From positions 84,444,001 through 84,508,000 of the forward strand of contig OX597823.1 of assembly GCA_951406725.2 (NCBI GenBank): a stretch of 64,000 nt of DNA, in the 5' to 3' direction. Origin of the DNA: Octopus vulgaris (taxonomy: Eukaryota). Position numbers and translations under genes: made by a program. The notes under the pieces are model-generated. The model did not search any database and was not told where the DNA came from. It saw only the letters and a list, made by a program, of their open reading frames with translations. Shown here piece by piece: positions 45,470 through 59,472 of the stretch (within the stretch, counting starts at the first letter, position 1; each line of letters opens with the position of its first letter).

Positions 45470-45930
45470 TTCTACAGCGCAAGGCCTAAAATTTGATGGG
45501 AGGGGCAAAACCGATCACATCGACTTCTCCGCTGAATCGATGTGTATTTTATCGATCCCGAAATTATAAAAGCCAAAGTTGACTTTGCGGAATTTGAAAT
45601 CAGAACGTAGAGACGGGCGAAATACTGCTAAGCATTTCGACCGGCGCTCTAACGATTCTGCCAGCTCGCCGCCTTAACAACAACAACATTAATAATGACA
45701 ATAATCCTTTCTACTAAAGGCACAACGCCTGTAACTTTGTGGGAGGGGACTTGTCGATTACATCGACTCCAGTGTTTCATTGGTACTTAATTTATGGACC
45801 TCGAAAGGATAAAAGGCAAAGTCGACCATGGCGGGATTTGAGCTCAGAACGTAGAGACGGATGAAATACCAATAAGCAGAACGTAACAACAGAGGAAAAG
45901 TCGGCACAGTAATCATTCTGTCAGCTTACC
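45470..45930 (-). mobile_element. Two adjacent SINE family A copies
   Basis: Reverse-complement matches at 45470-45675 and 45705-45930. Confidence 0.85.
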
Positions 45931-45939
45931 GAATTATAT

Positions 45940-46602
45940 ATACTCTTTACTCTTTTACTCTTTTACTTGTTTCAGTCATTTGACTGCGGCCATGCTGGAG
46001 CACCGCTTTTAGTCGAGCAAATCGACCCCAGAACTTATTCTTTGTAAGCCTAGTACTTACTGTATCGGGCTCTTTTTTGCCGAACTGCTAAGTTACGGTA
46101 CGTAAGCATACCACCATCGGTTGTCAAGTGATATTGGGGGACAAACATAGACACACAAGCATATATACACACATATACATATATATATACATTTATACGG
46201 CGGGCTTCTTTCAGTTTCCGTCAATCAAATCCACTCACAAAGCTTTGGTCGGCCCGAGGCTACAGTAGAAGACACTTGCTCAAGGTGCCATGCAGTGGGA
46301 ATGAACCCGGAACCATGTGGTTGGTAATCAAGCTACTTTTATTCATGTAATTTGCCACAAGAGCATTACACTGATGTAGCTGTGGGCTGGACATTACATT
46401 AACGAGATGAAATGATAAACGAAATTATGATATTAATGAGAGGAGCAAAAGACGCCCGCCGATCTTCTGCTTCTCTAAAACATTGCTCTTCAAAAAACAA
46501 GAGGTATTAAACCTCTTACCTCAGTTCTTACAATTACTGGACTTAATAGTCCATTATGTGTGGCAAGCAAGCTACTTACCACACAGCCACTCCTGCGCCT
46601 AT
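45940..46602 (-). mobile_element. SINE family B interrupted in its head by an insertion of about 220 bp
   Basis: Element resumes at about 46560 (aagcaagctacttaccacacagccactcctgcgcct). Confidence 0.8.
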
Positions 46603-47379
46603 ACATGTATAATTAATAAAACTATGTAATTAATGGTTTGTTATGTTCTTTTTTGTAATTTTCCTTTAAATGTAAATTATCGGAAGTGCGCTACGAACTG
46701 TTAATTTTACTTCCGACACGAAATGCGCCAGTATTTTCATACTTTAACATGAAGTCACGAAAGACAAAGAGTGAGGGTGTGTAAAAGATGAGTATTTTCG
46801 TTCAGCTAGGGCATCGGAGCCCATGAAACTCTGACAGGTTCAGTCTGTATATCTGACAGGCACAAATCCATTAAGAGATAGACGAGTCAGAGCGTTTTTG
46901 AATTTCTAGCTGAATTCCTACCGTTGTCGGAACCCGAAGGCTTTTAATACCCTTTACAGAGGCTTTACAGAAAGCACCTGTATTAAATTCCTCAGAGGTT
47001 ATTTTGCTATTCAACATGGGCCCTTAATCACTTTGTAACAAATAAGTGGTATTTTATCTAACTTTTAGGAATGTAATACTACAAGACCGAGGTTAAGTTA
47101 CAAATAACAGATTTGAGTCTTATGCTAGAGACATACAGGGATTAATTTCTGATCAATATCTGGAGAAGGTCTCTTTTTGTGTGGTCATCTAGTTTGTTAG
47201 AAATGGTAGCTAATCTCCCTCAAATCCTGTAAGTTCTAGGGTCATTAATAAGTGAAGAGGTGCATTAGACGATGCAAAATTAAACATGTTGGAAAAATAT
47301 GTGAAACTCATGACGGGAATGAATGTCGTTGATCATTGGTTGGGTTCATACGGGTCGGTCTGTGCATAAACAACAATAT

Positions 47380-47651
47380 CAAGAACAATAACAAGAATCA
47401 TCATCATCATCATCGTCGTCGTCATTATCATCATCGTCAGCACGACGACGACCACCACCAGCACCACCACCACAATTATCATCACCACCAACATCACCAG
47501 CACCGCTATCTCCATCACTATCATCGCCACCATCATCATCATCAAGAACAACTACAACTACAGCAACTACTATTGAATTTTGCGCCCTGACCCCCACCTC
47601 CCTTGCTACCTAAGGCTATCTGACCCTTATTTTTATTGTTGTTGTTGTTGA

Positions 47652-47745
<94 letters not shown>
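47380..47745. repeat. Trinucleotide repeats (CAT/CAC/CAA)n and (ATT)n
   Basis: Direct reading. Confidence 0.9.
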
Positions 47746-47749
<4 letters not shown>

Positions 47750-47896
47750 CACAGGTATATTATATTTTAGCGACTCGGGTGTAGTTGATAAATAGACACA
47801 GTTCAAAAATCAATTATTGGACATTTTGGAGAGTTGAGTGGCAAAGGAAGAAAATGTCTTGTGAATTTGTGCGAGTCTCTGTTGTTGGTACTTGTT

Positions 47897-47926
47897 TAAA
47901 TATGGCGGAAATTTCACCGGAAGTTC
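47897..47926 (+). promoter_or_regulatory. Possible YY1-like + ETS motif pair
   Basis: aaatatggcgg followed by accggaagt in unique sequence. Motif match only; no TSS evidence. Confidence 0.2.
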
Positions 47927-48070
47927 ATAATCAATATACATTGAAATGGCAGCATTAAAATTCCAGATTTGCAGAAATTATTATATTTTATTGTTGGAGA
48001 GAAGAGCAGATATGCTGGTCTCAGTTATCCTAATACGTTAGTTCTAAAGCCTGTGTGTTGTGTGTGTGTG

Positions 48071-48104
<34 letters not shown>

Positions 48105-48370
48105 TGTGTGTGTGAATGCGTGTGTGTTTATGAGTGTATGTGTGTGTATGTGCGCGTGTGTGTTCACGTGAATTCGTGTGTGTGCTTGCGTATACACACG
48201 TAGCACTCACCACTTTCTGCCTGCCTGTCTGTTTGTTGTCTGTCTGTCGGCCTTTTCGTCAGTCCGCCTGTCAGTCAGTCTATCTGTCTGCCTGTCTATC
48301 TATCATTCTCTGTCTGTCTGTCTGTCTGCCTGTCTCTCTCTCACTTTACGTCTGCCTCTGCGTTTAAATG

Positions 48371-48478
<108 letters not shown>

Positions 48479-48479
48479 A

Positions 48480-48535
<56 letters not shown>

Positions 48536-48629
48536 GCCTGTTTCTCTATATATCTAAGCAACTACACACACAAGCATAAATATATATATACTTATATATA
48601 AACGCATATATATGCATATATATGTGCAG

Positions 48630-48670
<41 letters not shown>

Positions 48671-48704
48671 AATCCTTCGATCCATTTATATATATATATA
48701 TATG

Positions 48705-48744
<40 letters not shown>

Positions 48745-49231
48745 CACATGTATGTATGTATGTATGTATGTATGTGTGCGTGTGCGTGTGCGTATGCATG
48801 TGTGTATGATATATATACACATACATATATACACATATATATTCCTACACATATACATACGTACACACATATATATATAATCATACATACATACATACAC
48901 ATATACATACATATATATATTCGTGTGCGCGTGCATTTGCGTTCATGTGTGTGGGTGTGGGTATAGTTAGGTAGATATTAACAATTTTCCTGTTCGATCA
49001 TGTCCATATAGGTGTATTTACGGTTGAACTGTGTGCAAAACTATATACGATTATTAATCATTGCATTGAAAGTCATTGCATACCTTATATATGCATAACT
49101 TATGCATACATATGCACATGATTCTCTCTATATATACATATATAATATACACACACACATATGTATATATACACACACATATATATATACATATATATAC
49201 ACATATATGTATACATATATATATGTATATT

Positions 49232-49294
<63 letters not shown>

Positions 49295-50309
49295 GCATAC
49301 ATACAGACACACACACACACATACTCTTGTATATATAAGAGTATGTATTTAGTGATCTGCCTATCGATATACCTATAGGGAACATCTATGTACGTTATTC
49401 TATCCACATTAGCTTATTTCAACACTTTTCCCCGCCACTGCATTCACAAATATATATTAATGAGATAGAATTACTCCAAAATGACTTTGCATGGATCTAT
49501 GGTTGCTTGTGTTTGCATTTATATACGTTTGTATCATCCAATATATTTAAATATAAATTATATATATATGAATATTGCACCTAGAATGCAATCTGAAAAT
49601 TTATTTAATTCTGTTTTTGACACTGAAGATGTTACGCTTCACTTAACCAATTCATTCGACCGTATCTGGCCTGGCAATTTCCAAGCACAACTGCCCGTTT
49701 TGGATTCCATTGGTGTAGAACTTTTTGGATTAATGGTTTTATTATGGATCACCTCATGTGCTGATAAAGCTGTCTCCGATCTATAACCCTGGTCAAGTAC
49801 AGTGTTTCCAAATGTGCGATTTCGTCCACCTCATACATAACATCTTATACAACAATGACTCACAAGAGTCCAACACCCTGACTACAGATGAGACCACCCT
49901 GCTTTCTATACACATGCATTAGGTCACGTGTGAGGTCTCTCATGAGAGCTACTTGTAACGTAGAATCCAGTACAACTTGTTACATGGTTAGGGCGACGGA
50001 GACTAAACCAGCAAGTAGGTATGTCTGGAGAGTAGTGTTGCCAGAAACCCAACGGGACTTGCAACAAGACCTGTCAAAAAGATGGACGAACCTAGTGAGC
50101 GGTGTTTTTTTAAAAAAAATTCTTTATTGCCGACAGGGGCCTAAACATAGAGGGGACAAACAAGGGAATACAAGGGGATTAAGTCGATAGCATCGACCCT
50201 AGTGCGTAACTGGTACTTATTTAATCGACCCCGAAAGGATGAAAAGTAAAGACGACCTCGAGCTGTATTGTATTCTCTCGTTCGGTTCAGCTGTACTTGG
50301 TGTACGTCT

Positions 50310-50430
<121 letters not shown>

Positions 50431-50439
50431 GGCCCAGGT

Positions 50440-50757
50440 ATCCGTCGCTTACGACGATGAGCGTTCCAGTTGATACGATTAGTCAAAGAGCCAGCTCATA
50501 ATATTAAACGTGCAAGTGGTTGATCACACCAGAGACACGTGTACCCTTAACGCAATATTCAGCGAGATTCACCGTGACACAGAATGTAACAAGTTTGGAC
50601 CATTGAATTGCATGTACAACTAAGTTTTGCCCTCTCAGTGGACTGGAACGGTGAGAAGTAAATCGATTTGCACAAGAACACAACGCGCCGCCCGGACTGG
50701 AATTTATAAACCTAAGATCGTGAGCCCAGTACCCTGACCGCTAAGACATGCGCCTTC
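50440..50757 (-). mobile_element. SINE family D (diverged)
   Basis: Homologous to 16715 and 62711. Confidence 0.75.
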
Positions 50758-50791
50758 TCAAATATACACGAGAAAGCGCGTTGCTTAGTGT

Positions 50792-50854
<63 letters not shown>

Positions 50855-50867
50855 CATATATATATAG

Positions 50868-51039
50868 TCGCCATGATAGATCGTTAGCCACTACACACAT
50901 TGTTTTCTCTGTGTCACTTTCTGTAGAAGAGCGTAGGCTCGAAACGTAAAAGACTTTTTCTATTCCTGAGCGTTATACTAATACTTCTGTTTGTTTTGTA
51001 CACCACCTGTCTTCGTCTTTTGTTTTATTCATAAACTCT

Positions 51040-51042
<3 letters not shown>
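50868..51042 (+). mobile_element. Short HHR-bearing element, family H1, best-preserved copy
   Basis: cttt-CTGTAGA-a-gagc-gtag-gctc-GAAA-cg-TA-aaag at 50917-50952, with (TA)n on both sides. Confidence 0.7.
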
Positions 51043-51116
<74 letters not shown>

Positions 51117-51244
51117 TGTATGTATGTATGTATGTATGTATGTATGTACATATGTGTCCTGTACCCATATATGCATGTATATATACATATATGTAGGTAT
51201 GTACGAATATGTATGTATATATGCATATATTTATATATTATTAT

Positions 51245-51503
51245 CTCACTTTCCTTTTCAAGTAATACTTGAAGTTGATGAGTGATTAACCAGAGAGGAA
51301 AGTGTTTGTCTCTAATCCTTTCAGACGCGTCCACCAGATACATTCTTTCGCCATAGCCACAAGTATGATGAAAATAGCTCTTCCTTCCAGTCGTTCGACA
51401 TAAGCCCACAGGTCGGAAATGATTGGACACTGCACGAGTGTGTGCAGAACAGTTTCGTCGCTCTGATTGCATCTCGGGCAAGTCGGCCCCGTGTTGCTCG
51501 AGC
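51245..51503 (-). mobile_element. Internally deleted fragment of the Tx1/L1-like LINE
   Basis: [23 protein letters not shown]...[16 protein letters not shown] nearly identical to ORF 58603-59262. 5' end abuts (GATA)n. Confidence 0.85.
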
Positions 51504-51621
51504 AGTATCTAGATAGATAGATAGATAGATAGATAGATTGAAAGATAGATAGATAGAGAGAGATAAACATATTAATATATTGGGAGAGTTATAGAAATAT
51601 AGAGCTAATGAATGAGAGAGA

Positions 51622-51659
<38 letters not shown>

Positions 51660-52192
51660 AAGAGAGAGAAAGAGACCTATAAACCCACACAAACTCAAAC
51701 AAATAAATACAGAGATAAATACACAGACTGACGCACAAAAAACAGAGACAGCGAGATAGACAGAGAGATTGGCGCGACAGACATAATTAAATAAATAAAG
51801 ATATAGAAAGGCTGACAAACTGATTGGCAGGCAGATAGATAGGTAGACCCACAAGCAGAAAGGCAGACGACAAATAGATAGATAGCGAAACAGATGTCTA
51901 GTTAGATTGATAGACACAAACAGATAATTAACTTGATAGAGAGATAAACAGCTAAATAGACAGAAAGACAAAAAGACAGACAGATAGATAGAAGGATGGA
52001 TAGATAGATGGTTAGATAGACAGATAAATAGATAGGTGGATAGATTGATAAATAACCAAACAGAAGACTAACTAGATTGACAGATAGATAGATAGATAAA
52101 TAAACAGACAGATAAATAGAAAGTAATCAGACAAATAGACAGATAGGAAGAAAGAAAGAAAGAAAGAAAAAGAGACAGATAGACAGACAGAC

Positions 52193-52411
<219 letters not shown>

Positions 52412-53334
52412 CTGACTGACTGACAAACAGATGGATAGACTGATAAAATGTCAGACAGGCCGATGGAGATAGGTAGATAGATAGAATAAAAATGAAGGCT
52501 AATGTCACGTTTGAATCTGTAAGTTTTGCATAAGACTTGTTCTGTGTTCGTGTGTGCGAATGGAGATCTTAGCTTCTGTTCACTTGTTAACGTTGAAATG
52601 TCTGCCTCTAATAAACGTTGCTTTTCATTACGCTCATTCTTTCTTTCTCTCTTTTCTTTCTCTTTATTTTCCAAATCTCACACACGCTTACTCACTCCAC
52701 GCGTGAGCGCGTATGTGCGGGTGTGCACTGTTGCGGTATTGCGTGTGTGTGTGTATATGTGTGTGCATGAGTGTGTGTGTGTGTGTGTGCGTGTGTACAG
52801 GTGCTTATATATATTGTTAGGTGTGAGTGTGTGTGTACGTATGCTTGTGTGTGTGTGTATGCGTGTGTGAATGTTTGTGCACGTGTGTATTTGTGTCTGT
52901 GCGTGAGTGTGTGTGTGTGTGTGTTTCTTTCAGAGTTTGTATTATTCCTTGTAAGCCCCTACTTACAATGTTACACACACACACACACACACACACATAT
53001 GCACGTGCGCGTTCATACACACACACACACACACACACGCGCGCACTCATGCATACATACACACACACACACTATTCTTTTATTCTTTTACTTGTTTCAG
53101 TCATATGACTGCGGCCATGCTGGAGCATGCATATATACATACATACATAGATACATACATACATATGGCGTGGCTGTGTGCTAAGAAGTTTCCTTCCCAA
53201 CCACATGGTTCCGGGTTCAGTCCCACTGCGTGCCACTTTGGGCAAGTGTCTTCTACTATAGCTCCGGACCGACCAAAACCTTCTGAATGGATTTGGTAGA
53301 CGGAAATTGAAAGAAGAAAGTTGAGTATGTATGG

Positions 53335-53370
<36 letters not shown>

Positions 53371-53383
53371 ATGTCTGTGTTTT

Positions 53384-53869
<486 letters not shown>

Positions 53870-53936
53870 ATTTATTTTCATTCCTCTATTTCATATCTTA
53901 TCTAGAATAACAATTTCTTAACCATTTTCTCACACC

Positions 53937-53987
53937 GTCTCCGATGAAGGGATATAATAAATATCCTCCTGGAAAAAGCTGTAAGAC
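53937..53987 (+). ncRNA. HHR-like motif with CCGAUGA core (family H3)
   Basis: gtct-CCGATGA-ag-ggatat-aataa-atatcc-tcctg-GAAA-aagctg-TA-agac. The minus-strand relative at 63580-63660 keeps GAAAcagctgTAagac. Confidence 0.55.
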
Positions 53988-54060
53988 CTTCTATTTATAA
54001 ATGTTCTAAAATCTTCACAAGCTTGTTTTTTTTTTTTTTTTTATCTCAGTCTGAATATAT

Positions 54061-54109
<49 letters not shown>

Positions 54110-54166
54110 GACGCGCACGCATATCCACCCATTATGATGTTTATGCAATAATAATAATCCCTTAAA

Positions 54167-54782
54167 GCGGTGAGCTGGCAGAATCATTAGCACACAGGGC
54201 GAAATGCTTAGCGGTATTTCGTCTGCCGCTACGTTCGGAGTTCAAATTCCGCCGAGGTCGACTTTGACTTTCATCTTTTCGGGGTCGATTAAATAAGTAC
54301 ATGTTACGCACTGGGGTCGATATAATCGCCTTAATCCGTTTGTCTGTCCTTGTTTGTCCTCTCTGTGTTTAGCCCCTTGTGGATAGTAAAGAAATAGGTA
54401 TTTCGTCTGTCTTTACTTTCTGAGTTCAAATTCCACGGAGGTCAACTTTGCCTTTCATCCTTTCGGGATCAATAAATTAAGTACCAGTTGCGTACTGGGG
54501 TCGATCTAATCGACTGGTGCCCCCTCCCCCCAAATTTCGGGCCTTGTGCCTTGAATAAAAAAGAATAATAATAATCTTTTCTACTATAGGCACACGGCTT
54601 GAAATCGTATTGGGAAGGGGTAAGTTGATGAAAGACAAAGCGGACCTCGGCTTATTTTATTGATCCAGAAAGGGATGAAAGATAAAGTCGACCTCGACGG
54701 AATTTGAACCCAGAACGTAAAGACGGACGAAATGCCGCAAAGTATTTTGCCTGGTGTGTTAACGATTCTATCAGCACACCAC
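54167..54782. mobile_element. SINE family A dimer (+, 54167-54560) and antisense copy (54575-54782)
   Basis: Matches to the family A consensus seen elsewhere in the window. Confidence 0.85.
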
Positions 54783-54815
54783 TTTAATAATGATATAATC
54801 ATGATGATGATGATG

Positions 54816-54862
<47 letters not shown>

Positions 54863-54865
<3 letters not shown>

Positions 54866-55240
54866 GACCTACTCATTGAAATTGAGAAAATGTGGCATCT
54901 CAAGGCGGTTACAATACCAGTGATCGTAGGAGCACTAGGAATGATCAAGAAGGGAACCGAAAATTATATGAGAATGATCCCTGGCTTACCATCCCTGCAA
55001 GAAGTGCAAAAGATTGTCTTAAATGGTACATCACACGTATTGAGAAGAGCATTGTCGATGTGAGAACTGTTGCTGCTCATGTATTTTAATTTAACTTTAA
55101 AAAAAAAAAAAAATTTTAATGAACGAACTATTGAGTTTGGTTTAATGGCCTACCAATGTATACTATGAGTTTCTTTGCCCAAGGAGTCGGGAAGACACTC
55201 AGCAAGAAATGGAAGCAAATTTGAAAGAAGAAAAAAAAAA
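54863..55240 (+). mobile_element. 3' end of an R4/Dong-like (RLE) non-LTR retrotransposon in (TAA)n
   Basis: 54863-55063 translates KDLLIEIEKMWHLKAVTIPVIVGALGMIKKG...LQEVQKIVLNGTSHVLRRALSM*, the RLE C-terminus motif. (AAT)n on both sides. Confidence 0.8.
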
Positions 55241-55286
55241 GTAATAATAATAATAATAATGATAATAATAATAATAATAATAAAAA

Positions 55287-55330
<44 letters not shown>

Positions 55331-55355
55331 ATAATAATAATAATAATAATAATAA

Positions 55356-55909
55356 ATGCCCTGATGCAGTACCAGGCAGTGGCTCTCATGGCTTCTGATC
55401 TTAACTGATTGGAAGTGTTATCATGTACATTGTTTTGTCTTGGTATAAACGATGGGCTACAGCAAATATTCTGCTCAATACCACATATTTGCTTGTCAGT
55501 TGTTTTGCCTTAACCAGTTGAGCATGTCCCTTAGTGGCTGACGATATGTGCATCTCTGATCACGAGCAGAAGTAGTGGGGGAGCATCATAGCCATATGTT
55601 GAGAGGGATTCTTTGGGATTTGAATAATTCACCTCTGGAAACATGGGTGGTTCGTTCAACATCCTTAAACAACCCTTATTCAGGGACCTTTTGAGCGGGA
55701 TGGGCTACTTGAACTGAAGAAAATTCTAACTGGGCCCCACCTGCAAGGTCATACGCTGTTAATTTTGATTTGAGATTAGTATGTCGTGCACATATGGTTG
55801 TGATTCATGTGCCTTGTGTACCCTTATCAGACAGGTAGTCATGATGGGTTTACTGGGCTTTGTATATTCTACCCGTGTCATTTTGATGGCATGCATTGCT
55901 CTCTCACTC

Positions 55910-55910
<1 letters not shown>
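55356..55910 (+). mobile_element. Probable non-autonomous element of about 555 bp inserted in (TAA)n
   Basis: Complex sequence with sharp boundaries between two (AAT)n tracts; no long ORF. Confidence 0.55.
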
Positions 55911-55968
<58 letters not shown>

Positions 55969-55970
55969 TG

Positions 55971-56039
<69 letters not shown>

Positions 56040-56373
56040 GTGTGTGTGTGAGAGAGAAAGAAAGAGAGAAAGAGAGAGATATTTAATCTGATACTTGTTT
56101 TACGTATTTGATTGCGATCAAGCTGGGACTACATCTTGAAGATATTTAGACATTCATATCGACGCTGGTACTTACATTAAATACAGCCTAGTTCTCATCA
56201 ATACCTATTTGTCTGTCTGCTACAATTTGATTGTATTTGTTGTCTATTATTAAAAATTGATTTAAGGCAGCGAGCTGTCAGAATTGTTGGCACGCCGGGT
56301 AAAATGTTCCGCGGCATTTCTTCCGTCTTTACGTTACGAGTTCAAATTCCACAGAGATCAACTTGCCATTCAT

Positions 56374-56454
<81 letters not shown>

Positions 56455-57279
56455 CATACGTATATATATACATATATAAAGGTTGAATGTGGGTTCTTCC
56501 TTTAATTGGAGATTTCCAAAAAAGATTTCTAATGTTGATTCTTCATACTTTGCGTAAATTTGCGAAGATATGAAAGTAGTGCTTGCATATAATGTATGGA
56601 GAATTTATGGAGTGAAGTTCCATAAATCCCATCATTTTTGTTAAAAATGGAGAAGACAAGTTGTTAAAATATATAAGAAGTTTAATTCTTCGAGACGATC
56701 GTTTCTTACAGAGATATAATAATAATGATATAAATTCATTACTGAAATAAATTAAATTAATTAAATATCAATGTACTTTTCAGTGTTGGGAAGAAAGGAA
56801 ACATAATACAAGGAACTTAAAAAGAATATAGCAGAAAAAAATTGGATCTAGGAAAGACATATAAGTAACCATGTGAGAAAAACATGGGAGTCACGACGGA
56901 TATTTAGCCATAACTACAAACAAGTAATTGCCCAGCGAATGTTAACATAAAGCTGAAGATCAGTGAAAAGAGAACGCCTAAGCTGAACTATTGAGAAATC
57001 TGCTGTCATTCTATCCAGATTAAATGTTCAGGTTTATACTTGTAATTATTGTGGCCCTGAGATATGTAATACACTACCTAAATACCAATCTCGAGAAATT
57101 AGGCTTCTCAAATCCAGAAAGAAGAAAGCTAATACGAAGACTGCGGATATAAACCCCCACTGAAACTGTAAGAATCTGTAAAACATTTCAGAAGTTTATC
57201 ATTTGAATACATACATACATACATACATACATACATGCATATATGCATGCATACATACATACATACATACATACATACA

Positions 57280-57315
<36 letters not shown>

Positions 57316-57448
57316 TGCATACATTCAAACAAAAATACCCTGTTGTTGACGTTGAAATTCCAACGAAGGAGCCTTGGATCTAATCTAGGATAGAAACCGG
57401 TTCTTTCTCTATTGGCAAGTAATCGTGAAATCGAATAATGACATTCAT

Positions 57449-57513
<65 letters not shown>

Positions 57514-57531
57514 TATACATATATATATATA

Positions 57532-57840
57532 AAGGTGCAGGCGTGGCTGTGTGGTAAGAAGCTTACTTCCCAACCACATGGTTACAGGTTCAGTCCCAGT
57601 GCGTGGCACCATGGACAAGTGTTTTCCACTATAGACTCAAGCCGACCAAAGCCTTGAGAGGGGATTTGGTACACGTTAAATGAAAGAAGATTGTCTTATA
57701 CGTATATATACGCGTGTGTCCTTGTGTTTATGGCTGATAGAATGAGTAACTGTCTTAAAAATGTACAGGTATTGGGGCCGATTCTTTTGACTAAGATCCT
57801 TCAAGGTGGTGCCTCAACATGGTCAAAGTTTAATGTAAAA
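57532..57840 (+). mobile_element. SINE family B (diverged)
   Basis: Head ggtgcaggcgtggctgtgtggtaagaagc...; tail ggtggtgcctcaacatgg. Confidence 0.75.
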
Positions 57841-58150
57841 ACAAAAGCGAAACATATATAAAGAGGGATAGAGAGAGAGAGTAGGAGAGAGAGAGTGGGA
57901 GATAGGGAATGAGAGATAAATAGACAGATATACAAAGAGGTGGAAGGAGACGAAGAAAGAGCGAGATAGATTGACAGATCGATAGATATATATAAAGGGA
58001 AAGAAAATGGAAGTGAGATAAATAGATGCACAGAGAGAAGGAATGAGAGGAAGAAAGTGCGAGAAAAGTAGATAGATAAATAGATATATAATGAGAGAGG
58101 GAGAGGGAGGGAGCGAGAGTGAGAGAGAATGTGAGATAGATAGATAGATT

Positions 58151-58181
<31 letters not shown>

Positions 58182-58190
58182 GGATAGATA

Positions 58191-59317
58191 TGTTTCTTTA
58201 TTAGCCACACAGGGCTGCACACAGATAGAACAAATTACAAGGTAGAGCTTTTCTTTTGAAGGTTTAAAAAAAAAAAAAAAATAAAAAATAAAAAAATAAA
58301 AAAATAAAAATAAAATAAAAAAAGGGGGGTCGATCAAAAGGGATCGTAAAAGGAGAGAAAGAGGACAAAAAAAAAAGGGGGGGGGTTTAAAAAAAGGGGG
58401 AGAGGAAAAAATTGATCAATAGGGATCGTTATCACAGAAATGTCAATATGAAGTGTAAAGGGGAGGACAGGTGAGGTTTACCCGTGGAAAGAAAAGCCTA
58501 CGGAAAAGACCACGGTAACCTCGGTCAATGAAGTCACATGTTATATTTCTTTTTTTTTTTTTTTTTTGCAAATAAGCAACTCTCTGTATTAATTTTTACG
58601 GTTCATAGAATCATAGTCAAGGTGGCTTCGTCATTCATACGTGCCATCCTTGCTACATTCACCCATCTTTTTTTAAAACATTCACTAGACAAAACTTGCC
58701 TCTCTACTCTCACTTTTTTCTTCAAGTGATACTTGAAGAAGTTGATGAGAGATTGACCAGAGAGGAAAGTGTTTGTCTCTAATCCTTTCAGACGCGTCCA
58801 CCAGATACATTCTTTCGCCATAGCCACAAGTATGATAAAAATAGCTCTTCCTTCCCGTTTGAAGGAAGGAGGCGTGACGATATTAACGATAGACTCGGCT
58901 GATAAACCGACACGTCCCACACGTGACAGCAGTCGTTCGACATAAGCCCACAGGTGGGAAATTGCTGGACACTGCACGATTGCGTGCAGAGCGGTTTCGT
59001 CGCTCTGCCCGCATCTCGGGCAGGTCGGCCCCGTGTTTCTCGAGCCATGCCTATAGAGCTTATCCCGAACGGGTAGCGCTTCTCGGTAGCACCGCCAGGC
59101 CAGGGATCTCTGGAAGTTGTCCATAGGTCCCGGGCCGAAAGTCGTTTGAAACAGGCGGGTCAGGTATTCCTCGTCGACGCCCAGGTTTGCCCCGAGCTCG
59201 TCGTCGTACCTCCCCTCCACTAATCCCCTATAGAATGCTTTGGTTGTGTTGAAGTCACTCAAGGTCGACCCGGGACGGCAGAGTTGCTTGAGAGCAACGC
59301 GACACTCGCGGTGCCAT
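58191..59317 (-). mobile_element. 5'-truncated Tx1/L1-like LINE, open ORF2 C-terminus (about 59316-58603) with zf-RVT motif
   Basis: Uninterrupted frame ...AWRCYREALPVRDKL...CPRCGQSDETALHAIVQC...AKECIWWTR. 3' UTR ends AATAAAgaaaca(TATC)n; (GATA)n on both sides. Confidence 0.88.
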
Positions 59318-59332
59318 TAGATAGATAGATAA

Positions 59333-59472
<140 letters not shown>

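Noticed and set aside
47333-47597. Poly-His / poly-Asp ORFs
   Set aside because: Degenerate trinucleotide repeat next to (ATT)n; no splice or coding context visible.
49590-50110. Possible ancient LINE RT remnant (FDRIW-like)
   Set aside because: Too degenerate to support a call without a profile search.
55356-55430. HDV-like ribozyme at the 5' end of the (TAA)n element
   Set aside because: I could not build the P1/P2/P3/P1.1 double pseudoknot by eye.
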